From positions 1-41,750 of the IMG/VR virus record IMGVR_UViG_3300043493_000077: a stretch of 41,750 nucleotides of DNA; one strand, written 5' to 3'. Position numbers and translations under genes: made by a program. Under the pieces are notes generated by a model. The model saw only the letters and a program-made list of their open reading frames with translations. It searched no databases and was not told the DNA's origin. Source of the stretch: a virus (Duplodnaviria > Caudoviricetes). Of the stretch, positions 8,533 to 16,160 are shown piece by piece (the stretch's first letter is position 1; the number at the start of each line of letters is the position of its first letter).

Positions 8533-9822
8533 TTAGGCCTCCTTCTTAAAAAACTCAGCCGGCCACTTCATGAGTAGCTCTTCCTCTTCGGGCGTGTTGA
8601 CGCGTAAGAATCCGGCATTGGCGCTGTAATCACGCGGCTGGTAGCTGCCATAGATGGCGCGTAGCCTGTTTATGTCGTAGCCGGCCAAATCAGCCGCTTG
8701 GTAGGCGCCGCGGCAGTTGGCGACGATGCCGGCAACGAGCTGGACGCGTTCCTCATTGGTGGACGCATTGACATTGGCGGTCAGCCCCTTGATCGCATCT
8801 TCCAGCGCGGCAAGACGCGCATCCAGGCCGCCGTCTTGTGCTACTGGCACAGGTGCTGTGGACGCCTCTGCTTGCGCGCCCAATGGCGGTGCCGGTGCCC
8901 GTCCCGGCGCGCCTTCCTCTAAACTCTCCTGGAGCACGTGCAGATCGCCCTCATCCCAGGTCGCCAACTTCTCTTGGCTAAATTTGCATTTGGCGTTGGC
9001 CACCAATGCGCCAATCAGTTCGGTCTTGTTCACAGATAAATCCTCCTCTTGAACATTTGCTTCGATTGCGATTTGCCCCTCCGGCGGCTCACAAGAGCTG
9101 ATCGGAGCGGTAACTGTGCCCTCCACATTCGTGGCTGGGCTTTGTATTTGAAGCTGGTCATTATTCATGCCACTCATGCTTGAGTGGCGTTCGATATTGA
9201 ACCAGCTCAGAAAACGTTGGAACAGTCCTAATTCGTCCATGCTTTCCTCCTGGCTGTTTACCCGTGGCGTACCGCAACCATCGGCCCAACTGCACGCGCC
9301 GATCTCATCCGGTAAAATTGCCAGATGGTCGGGGCGAATGTTGCGCGCAATGCCGCCGTACGCGTAACCGTTAAAGGTTCCCGGCGTTGCTTCCATCTCG
9401 CAGAAGTAGCCGGTTGACACTTCCAACGGCTGATTGGCGCGCAGCTTGCTGACAATCTGCACCGCCCGCGCCCCCTGGGCTCCCGCCATCATCTGCGCCT
9501 TGTCCAAGTCAATCCAGATTTCGCCCTTGAGCGCTCCGCCATCGACGGCCACATTCCAGAGATGGCCCAGCACATCATTGGCCCAGATGTCGGGCGTGTT
9601 GGCGGAGATGGGCAAGCCGTCGGCTTTGGGGTGTGCAATCGGGACGGGGCGGCCCTGCCATGAAGAGGCAAACTTGCCGAATTCCTGTGCTGAGACGAAC
9701 GTGTCGTTTAAAATGCCTTCGCGCAGGGCGACGACCGGCGAGACGAGATAGCGTCTGCCGGCGTGGGTGATCTCTTTTACCTGGCCGGTCGTGGCATTGC
9801 CGGAAAATTGCAAGGTGAGCAT
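8533..9822 (-). CDS. Prohead protease/scaffold (DUF2213-like)
   Basis: GRPVPIAHP, EVSTGY, NIRPDHLAILPDEIGACSWADGCG; ATG at 9822 with GGGAG RBS. Confidence 0.85.
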   Translation of the reverse strand: MLTLQFSGNATTGQVKEITHAGRRYLVSPVVALREGILNDTFVSAQEFGKFASSWQGRPVPIAHPKADGLPISANTPDIWANDVLGHLWNVAVDGGALKGEIWIDLDKAQMMAGAQGARAVQIVSKLRANQPLEVSTGYFCEMEATPGTFNGYAYGGIARNIRPDHLAILPDEIGACSWADGCGTPRVNSQEESMDELGLFQRFLSWFNIERHSSMSGMNNDQLQIQSPATNVEGTVTAPISSCEPPEGQIAIEANVQEEDLSVNKTELIGALVANAKCKFSQEKLATWDEGDLHVLQESLEEGAPGRAPAPPLGAQAEASTAPVPVAQDGGLDARLAALEDAIKGLTANVNASTNEERVQLVAGIVANCRGAYQAADLAGYDINRLRAIYGSYQPRDYSANAGFLRVNTPEEEELLMKWPAEFFKKEA

Positions 9823-9835
9823 AAAAACTCCCAAT

Positions 9836-9874
9836 AAAAAACGCCCTACCGCCATTGCTGGCTGATAGGGCGTC
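9836..9874 (-). terminator. Intrinsic terminator / attenuator directly before the capsid-module RBS
   Basis: GACGCCCTATCAGCCA-GCAA-TGGCGGTAGGGCGT followed by a T-run on the minus strand. Confidence 0.6.
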
Positions 9875-9967
9875 TTGCGCCTCTGTTGTATTCAATTTAC
9901 CCGCGCCCCAAGTGGCTCCCCCGATAAAGCGCATTTCTGCGCACCACTTGGGGCGGTTGGATCTATC

Positions 9968-10168
9968 TTACTCTGATTTTTTGGCAGTGTCTAGAGAGCG
10001 CAGGATTGCGGCCAAATCAAAGCGTGCCACCTGTTTCCGATCGCTGCGGCGAATCTCCAGCACCAACCCCCGCGCGTCAAGGCGAGCGCACAATTTGCCC
10101 TGCTCGTCCCTTAAATCTGTCCAGGTGGTTGAACTGTTCGTTTGCAGCTTTGCTACGCGCTCTGTCAT
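9968..10168 (-). CDS. Small Com-like putative regulator
   Basis: ATGA-coupled start at 10168; DLRDEQGKLCARLD...LEIRRSDRK resembles the Mu Com layout without the CxxC pairs. Confidence 0.45.
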   Translation of the reverse strand: MTERVAKLQTNSSTTWTDLRDEQGKLCARLDARGLVLEIRRSDRKQVARFDLAAILRSLDTAKKSE

Positions 10169-10881
10169 TTTTTTGTGCCGATCCACTCGGCCACTGTGGT
10201 CGCATCGACTTCCATGCGGACCAGACGGCACTTGCAATTGCCCCGGCATACACTATCCACACCAGGCGGAGGAAGTACCCCAAGCGGCTGCCAGCCCTGC
10301 CCATAGAAGGAGACGCAATCCTTGCAAGTTTTGCCGCCGGCCCCCAACATGCGCCGCTCAATCAGCATCATGTTGCTGGCGCTGGGCTTGACGGTCTCCC
10401 GCTCGGCGACATAGAAGTGGCTGCGGCCATGCCCGGCATACTCGTTGGCCCTGGCTTGCGCTTGCGCCATCGTGATCTTACCGCCATCGTTTCCGCCGCC
10501 GCCGACGCCAGGAGGCTTGGCGGCGAGCGCATGTGATATATCCCGCGCCGTGCCGCTAATTTGGGCATAGAGTTGGCGCAGATCTGCGCCGGCGCGCCCA
10601 TAGCCGGCTTGCGAGATGCGGTCCCAGCCGCCGCTGCCCAAGGCCGTCTGTTGCAACACCTGGCGCTTGACTTCCGTGCGGACTTGCTCTTGCCAAACAG
10701 CGACCGTGATCAGTCCCTCCATCACCGCCGTCGTCAGGTCAGTCATTTGCACTTCGGTGGCGTTCACTTGGGCGTCAAGCAGGCCGACGATGACGGCGCG
10801 GGCGACGTATAGACCCGTCACATTTGAACGATAGCGGCCCGAAGAAAATGTGTAGCCCGGTAAGGGACTAGCGTGCGTCAA
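10165..10881 (-). CDS. Head morphogenesis / minor capsid protein (SPP1 gp7-like C-terminus)
   Basis: C-terminal TCKDC...LPPPGVDSVCRGNCKCRL; start uncertain (TTG at 10881, or up to 10941). Confidence 0.7.
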   Translation of the reverse strand: MTHASPLPGYTFSSGRYRSNVTGLYVARAVIVGLLDAQVNATEVQMTDLTTAVMEGLITVAVWQEQVRTEVKRQVLQQTALGSGGWDRISQAGYGRAGADLRQLYAQISGTARDISHALAAKPPGVGGGGNDGGKITMAQAQARANEYAGHGRSHFYVAERETVKPSASNMMLIERRMLGAGGKTCKDCVSFYGQGWQPLGVLPPPGVDSVCRGNCKCRLVRMEVDATTVAEWIGTKK

Positions 10882-11131
10882 GAAGGCGTTTGTATTTGTT
10901 GGGAACCGCGTTGGCAGCGTACCAATCCGCTCGCGCATCATCGACCGCCTTTTGGTCTAATGGTTCGTTCAACGTTTCAGCCGGAAAAATATAAGTGCGT
11001 GGATCTGCGCCCGGCGGCAGATGCTCAAGTACCCAATTGACGCTGCGCTCGGCTTCGATGGCGTCGATGCCGATCTTAATCAGTTCCTGGATTTGGCCCT
11101 CGGCCCACTTGGCTAGCTGTTCTGGCGTCAT
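10868..11131 (-). CDS. Hypothetical protein
   Basis: 87 aa, ATGA-coupled to the portal stop. Confidence 0.65.
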   Translation of the reverse strand: MTPEQLAKWAEGQIQELIKIGIDAIEAERSVNWVLEHLPPGADPRTYIFPAETLNEPLDQKAVDDARADWYAANAVPNKYKRLLDAR

Positions 11132-12642
11132 GCGCCATTCCTCGCAATGAGGCGCGCCGCTGCATTGACCAGGGCCAACGCTTCCGGGCCACTGTAGCCG
11201 GCGTTGCCCACCAAATCACCCACTTGCTTAAGCACATCATCGCCGGGCAAGTTCGCCGGCACTGTTGGCGGCGGCGCCGGCTCCACCGCCGTCAGCGGCA
11301 ATTCGCCGGGGAAGGGCGTGAAGTCGCCGCGCCATTCCTCCATCGTCACCGGCGGCTCTCCGTAGACGGCAGCCAACTTCTGGATGGCATCGGCCCAGGT
11401 GGCGCCAATCAGGGCGCGCTCCTGGTCGTTGAGTTCAAAGAGCGCATCCCAGACGACGGTATAATTCTTGGCGTTGGGCTTGGGCAATGCGCCCCAGCTC
11501 ATCAGGCGGTCAATCAGTGGGCGCAGGATGGCCGGTTCGGCAAAGTTGAGTTGGCGACTGGCAATATGGCCCGCCCAATTGGCGCCGTCTTGCGAAGATG
11601 CCAGCTCGCCGCGCTCGCTGCCAAGCAGGATGCGCTGCGGAATGCCGGTGGCGGCAGAAATCAGCGAGATGATGACGCCAAACGGCCCGGTCGGGTCAAC
11701 GACTTCGCTGCCCAGGTCGCTGACCGTGACGCCGCGCGTTTTCATAAAGCGGCGCAGGCCATGCTCATATTCGTCAAACTCTTCTTCGATGCTGGCCTTG
11801 GCTTCGTCGGATAGTTCTGCCTCCGGGTCGATGTTGAGCACAAAGCCCTTACGCATGAGCAGCCACGAGGCCTCGGCAGATCCACCGACCAATTTCAGAA
11901 TGTCATCCAGCAGGTTGTAGACCCGTTGCAGCCGCGGCATCCCATAGACTTCATTTTCCAGCAGCCCCTCGGCCACATGGATCACGCGGCTGGCATGTAC
12001 GCGTATCTTTTGGCTGGGCAGGCTGGCGCCGCCGCTAATCGTGCTATTGGGGTCGCCCACGCTCAGATTGTAAATGCGCGGCAAGCCAAAGCGCGCTAAT
12101 GATGGATCGGTTTCAAATTCGGCCACATCGACCGATGGTTCACCATACGGCCGCAAGTAGAGGATACTGTCTAAGGAGGGTACGCGCGTGACTTCGACCT
12201 CTAGATTGCTGTCGCCGGCGACGCCAATCAGCAGCACGCCAAAGCGTCCGATGCCGCACAGGGTATCGACGCGCTTGCAGTAGTGATAGACACGCATTCG
12301 TTCGGCAAAGTCGGCCCACGCTTTAGCAAAGGCCGTGTCGTCGAGGGCATCCTTATCACGCCCATCCTTGACCGTCGGCGTATCCCGCCACGTCTCTGCC
12401 GGCGGAAATTCGACGATGCGCCCGCCCAACGGATCACGCTCGAACTTGCTCCAATAGGCGTCGATGCTCAGTTGCTTGGGGTAGCCCAGGACGTCGAAGT
12501 AGTCACGCGCGCCGGCGAACGATGTGCCATAGCCGCCCAGGGCCAGGCGGTCGCTGAGGACGGAGCGAGCGTTTACGCTGGGCCGTGGGATGGCTCCCAC
12601 AGGTTGGCCTTCTTTGTTGGCGATCAGGATGATGTCAGACAT
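11128..12642 (-). CDS. Portal protein (DUF1073-like)
   Basis: ~504 aa directly after the terminase; RFGLPRIY, RVHASRVIH, ISAATGIPQRILLGSERGELASSQD; GGAGG RBS. Confidence 0.88.
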   Translation of the reverse strand: MSDIILIANKEGQPVGAIPRPSVNARSVLSDRLALGGYGTSFAGARDYFDVLGYPKQLSIDAYWSKFERDPLGGRIVEFPPAETWRDTPTVKDGRDKDALDDTAFAKAWADFAERMRVYHYCKRVDTLCGIGRFGVLLIGVAGDSNLEVEVTRVPSLDSILYLRPYGEPSVDVAEFETDPSLARFGLPRIYNLSVGDPNSTISGGASLPSQKIRVHASRVIHVAEGLLENEVYGMPRLQRVYNLLDDILKLVGGSAEASWLLMRKGFVLNIDPEAELSDEAKASIEEEFDEYEHGLRRFMKTRGVTVSDLGSEVVDPTGPFGVIISLISAATGIPQRILLGSERGELASSQDGANWAGHIASRQLNFAEPAILRPLIDRLMSWGALPKPNAKNYTVVWDALFELNDQERALIGATWADAIQKLAAVYGEPPVTMEEWRGDFTPFPGELPLTAVEPAPPPTVPANLPGDDVLKQVGDLVGNAGYSGPEALALVNAAARLIARNGA

Positions 12643-12656
12643 TGTTCCTCCAATAC

Positions 12657-14041
12657 CTACCATGTTCCGGCTCTTGGCCCCGGCAAAGCCAACTTGTTAA
12701 ACCCCAAACTACTGCCATCCACCTGGTCATCATGCGCCCCATAGGGAAAGGTACACAGTTCGTCTAAGTATGCCCCGTTCCAGGCGCCCTTGACCAGCTT
12801 AACATTGCGCGCCTCGCATTGAGCGGCAAACGGCCCAGCGCGCGTGGCCTTGTCGCCGGTACTGCGCTCGGCCTTGACGCTGTAGCCGGCTAGAGCGCGG
12901 ATGGTGATCTGCACTACCGCCTTGCCGCTTGAGCCCGGCTCTTGTTCCAGCCAGGTCGTCACGTTGCCATAACGGGTGGCGTCGGTGGCGGCTGTTTGGG
13001 CGATGATCTTCTCCGCCGCCAAGTCGCTGTACTGGCCGCGCACGACATCCTCGATATAGAACACGTTGTCGGCATCCTTGGCCATTAGCAGCCCGACGGT
13101 ATAATCGCCGTCCCTTTCGGTGGCGGCCCTGTCCCAAGCCCGCACGCGGGTCGCCTGCGCCGGCGCAACATTCACGATGTCAAACCAATCACGCTGGAAC
13201 ATGCCGCCGCCGGGTGGCGTTGGGTGGCCCTGATAGAGCGCGTTAAAGGCGTAGCTGCCCAGCACCATGCGCCGCTCCGCTAACGCCGCCTCATCATAGC
13301 GGGCTGGGCAGAGAGCTTGCCCCAGCTCTCTGCCCAGTGGGTCGCCTGCTTCCGCAATAGCGGGTAGATTAACAACTGTCCAGCGTGGCCCCTCTTCAGA
13401 TGCCAGGATGCGCCCGGCCAAGTCTGATTCGTGCCAGCGAGTCATGATCAAAATTATGGCCGCGTTTGGCCCTTGCCGAGTAAATAAGTCCTGACTATAC
13501 CACTCGTAGCAGCGATCACGATAGCTCTGGCTTTCGGCCTCTTCGCGGCTCTTGACGCGATCAGGATGAGATCACCACCTTGGCCGGTAATGCCGGCACC
13601 GACGCCCACCGCGCGGAAGATGCCGCCGGCTGCGGTCTGCCATTCTTCAACGGCGCGCCGTTCACGGTCTAAGGTGATGCGCCCCTCGGCAATCTTGCGC
13701 GCCTGGCGGCTGAAGCGGTTGGCAAGCGTTTGGTTATAGCAACCCACAATCACGCGCAAGGACGGATCACGTTCCAGCCGCCAAACGGGATAGCGGATCG
13801 TCGTCTGCTGGCTCTTGCCATGCTGGGGTGGGCAGAAGATCATCAGCCGGTTGATGGCGCCGGTTGTCACCTGGTCAAGCGCCGTGCGGATATGTTTCAA
13901 ATGCGCCCACTCCCACGAATAGCTTGGCGTTACCTGGCCCAACCAGCGGTCAAAAGATAGGCCGCGCTTGTTGCGCGGCTGTGTGCCAAATGTGAATGGC
14001 CCGCTATTAAGTTTGGGTAGGGTCAGCGTCAGACCGTTCAT
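12657..14041 (-). pseudogene. terL: Terminase large subunit, frameshifted at Walker B (~13557)
   Basis: Walker A PPQHGKS, then GITGQGGDLILI, then a frame change to VKSREEAESQSYRDRCYEWY...IMTRWHESDL; C-terminal nuclease motifs WDRA and HDDQVD. The expected DDP codons are replaced by 2 nt. Confidence 0.85.
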
Positions 14042-14430
14042 GATTCGTCTGTACCGCCCCCATGGCGGTCACTGTTCAGCGCCTGTAGCATACGGAACAC
14101 TTTGTCATTGCCCACGCCCATTAGCATCGCCACGGCGCTTGCATCCTGGATAAAGAGCCATTTCTTATCGCCCGAATGTTGGGCCATCGATATTTGGCTC
14201 TGAAGCTGGGCAATCAGCAAGTCAAGCACCAACTCATTGATTTCATCCTGCTTTTTTTCTGCCGCGGCTGCCGCGGCACCCTCAACAATCGGCTGCGCTT
14301 TGCGCGTTTGCCAGGTGGCGACGGTGCCGCGTGGGATGCCAAACTCTTTGGCGACGCTCGATGCGCTTTGGCCCGAAAGCAGCGCCGCCATCACAGCCGC
14401 CTTGACTTCCGGCGTATAGTCTCTGGTCAT
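14038..14430 (-). CDS. terS: Terminase small subunit (N-terminal HTH)
   Basis: YTPEVKAAVMA...SVAKEFGIPRGTVATW; ATGA-coupled to terL. Confidence 0.7.
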   Translation of the reverse strand: MTRDYTPEVKAAVMAALLSGQSASSVAKEFGIPRGTVATWQTRKAQPIVEGAAAAAAEKKQDEINELVLDLLIAQLQSQISMAQHSGDKKWLFIQDASAVAMLMGVGNDKVFRMLQALNSDRHGGGTDES

Positions 14431-14442
14431 CTTCCCACTATA

Positions 14443-14550
14443 CTAGCGGCGATGCCGCCTCGACTCCCGTACCAATAGCCACAGACCGCCCACGAACAAA
14501 CCTGACAGCAACAGGCCACAGATCATCCCTATCCTGTCATCGGCTGTCAT
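14443..14550 (-). CDS. 35-aa single-pass membrane peptide
   Basis: MTADDRIGMICGLLLSGLFVGGLWLLVRESRRHRR*, translated by hand (below the ORF-track cutoff). Confidence 0.45.
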   Translation of the reverse strand: MTADDRIGMICGLLLSGLFVGGLWLLVRESRRHRR

Positions 14551-14677
14551 TTGCTATCAAATACGAAGCGCGTACCTGTCAAAATTGTATCCTCGTCATC
14601 TTTACGCGAACGAACATCCATGCTATACAGTATACACAGAGGCGGGAACCCTCATCTCCTGCCTGGAAAGGACAACC

Positions 14678-15034
14678 ATGGAACACCGAGAACATCACCG
14701 CATCGACCTGACCGCCGCCGAACGGCAACGGCTCCAGGAGCTGGCCATCCAGACCCGTTCGCGCCCCACCAGAGGAACCGCCGCCTACGTTGCCGACTGG
14801 AAATGGCTCATACGCCGCATCGGACGAGGTGAGATCGAGCTTGTGGAGCGCATCCCGTACACGCTCCCTGCCGGCCTCGACGATGCCATTGCCGCCAACG
14901 AAGAACGGCAGCGGGAGCAGGAACAGCGTGAAGAGCAGCAAAGACGTGTACAGGCGCATACAGCGCAGAAACAGGCGGTACAGAAAATGCCGCTGAAACT
15001 GGAACAGCTACAGATGGAACTTGAACCCGCTTAG
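14678..15034 (+). CDS. Putative DNA-binding regulator (ribbon-helix-helix-like) with coiled-coil tail
   Basis: GAAAGGA RBS and ATG at 14678; HRIDLTAAERQRLQELA...WLIRRIGRGEIEL; lone plus-strand gene in the late region. Confidence 0.55.
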   Translation: MEHREHHRIDLTAAERQRLQELAIQTRSRPTRGTAAYVADWKWLIRRIGRGEIELVERIPYTLPAGLDDAIAANEERQREQEQREEQQRRVQAHTAQKQAVQKMPLKLEQLQMELEPA

Positions 15035-15054
15035 GCACGCTTAGGCGGGTTTTC
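15024..15054. terminator. Hairpin terminator between convergent genes
   Basis: AACCCGCTTAG...TTAGGCGGGTT followed by TT where the convergent stops overlap. Confidence 0.55.
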
Positions 15055-15351
15055 TGTTTCATAGGCCACAAAGTGGTGGCCGAACACGCGGATCCCGCCC
15101 GTCTCAAACGCCAGGCAGGCGATGATCGACACCAGCATACTGGCGCTGCGGGCCGTCTTGCCCTTGACCGGGAAGAGCAGCTCGTCCAGCTCGCCGGCGT
15201 CCAGGCGGTTCATCCAGTAAGCAGAAGCAGCGGCCAATCGGGAACCCTCTGGGTGCGGCTTGGGGCCGCCCACCTCTTCCAGTCGCATGATTTCCAGCGG
15301 CACGAAGATGCCGATAAATTCCGGCAACAGCTCAATTGCGGTCGCCATCAT
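15031..15351 (-). CDS. Hypothetical protein (contains HPEGSR micro-repeat)
   Basis: MMATAIELL start preceded by GAGGA. Confidence 0.6.
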   Translation of the reverse strand: MMATAIELLPEFIGIFVPLEIMRLEEVGGPKPHPEGSRLAAASAYWMNRLDAGELDELLFPVKGKTARSASMLVSIIACLAFETGGIRVFGHHFVAYETENPPKRA

Positions 15352-15643
15352 ATTCCTCGCTTGGCGGCAGCCACTGGATATGCTCGGGCATCCAGCGCAC
15401 ATCTGCCTTGACCTCCTCACGCTGCTTGGCCAGATTGTCCCCCAGCCGCTGCACCTCCGCCTCCAGCCACAGCCGTTCCCTGCTCAGCGTGCGGATGTAG
15501 GAGCGCAAGGATGCCACCTGCTCACGGTGTGCCCCCTTCAGCGCGGCGATGTGGGCACGGCGGGCGCCGTCGAGCAGGAGCAGGCAACAGATGTAGACGC
15601 CCAGGAACATGATGAGGACGAACCAATTGTCTGTTGACATCAC
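15332..15643 (-). CDS. Membrane-anchored coiled-coil protein of the lysis region
   Basis: N-terminal TM segment plus coiled coil; GGAGG RBS. Confidence 0.6.
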   Translation of the reverse strand: MMSTDNWFVLIMFLGVYICCLLLLDGARRAHIAALKGAHREQVASLRSYIRTLSRERLWLEAEVQRLGDNLAKQREEVKADVRWMPEHIQWLPPSEEYDGDRN

Positions 15644-15649
15644 GCCTCC

Positions 15650-15811
15650 TCACGCTCCGCTGTAGAGCCAAATGGTCATGGCCACGACCGTAATGTACAC
15701 AAGCGCCAGGCAAACCCATCTCAGCGATGCCGTCTGCCGTACCTGCATCTCTGCCAGCAGGATCGCGAGCGAGCAGACAAATAGGAACAGCACAAGATCG
15801 CCGCGTGGCAT
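15650..15811 (-). CDS. 53-aa two-TM protein (holin-like)
   Basis: MPRGDLVLFLFVCSLAILLAEMQVRQTASLRWVCLALVYITVVAMTIWLYSGA*, translated by hand. Confidence 0.55.
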   Translation of the reverse strand: MPRGDLVLFLFVCSLAILLAEMQVRQTASLRWVCLALVYITVVAMTIWLYSGA

Positions 15812-15813
15812 AA

Positions 15814-16116
15814 CTACATCCCGGTTATGCTGCCGATGCCGATGACGATGACGGCGGCGGCCAGAATCAGCAGGACGGAACTCGCCAGGATGCCGGCAAG
15901 CTGGAAGATCAGCGCCAGGACGGCCAGGATGACGCCAAGTAAGGTGATGTAGCGGGTCATAGGTTTCCTCTCCGATCTGTTTCGTTGGATAGGATGTTCA
16001 GCATCCCAATCGTGCCACTGGCCATCGGCGCCCAAATAAATGCCGCCTTCAAGCGTTCGCACAGTCTCAGCGACAAAAACGCTGGCATGAAAATCAATCT
16101 CAGCGGGCGCCATCAT
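15814..16116 (-). CDS. Holin-like two-TM protein; possible internal start at 15960 (MTRYITLL)
   Basis: Two hydrophobic helices; RBS-like sequences before both 16116 and 15960; directly downstream of the endolysin. Confidence 0.55.
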   Translation of the reverse strand: MMAPAEIDFHASVFVAETVRTLEGGIYLGADGQWHDWDAEHPIQRNRSERKPMTRYITLLGVILAVLALIFQLAGILASSVLLILAAAVIVIGIGSITGM

Positions 16117-16160
16117 CTCTCCGCCCCAGGCGTCCCATATCCGCCGCTTCGCTGCGCTTG

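Noticed and set aside
9902-9920. CGCGCCCCAAGTGGCTCCC as a ninth family D copy
   Set aside because: The D stem is broken, and the sequence is better explained as one arm of the 12-bp inverted repeat at 9904-9955
13540-13575. Programmed frameshift or intron as the explanation for the terL split
   Set aside because: There is no slippery heptamer or intervening sequence, and the catalytic codons are absent, so recoding could not restore them
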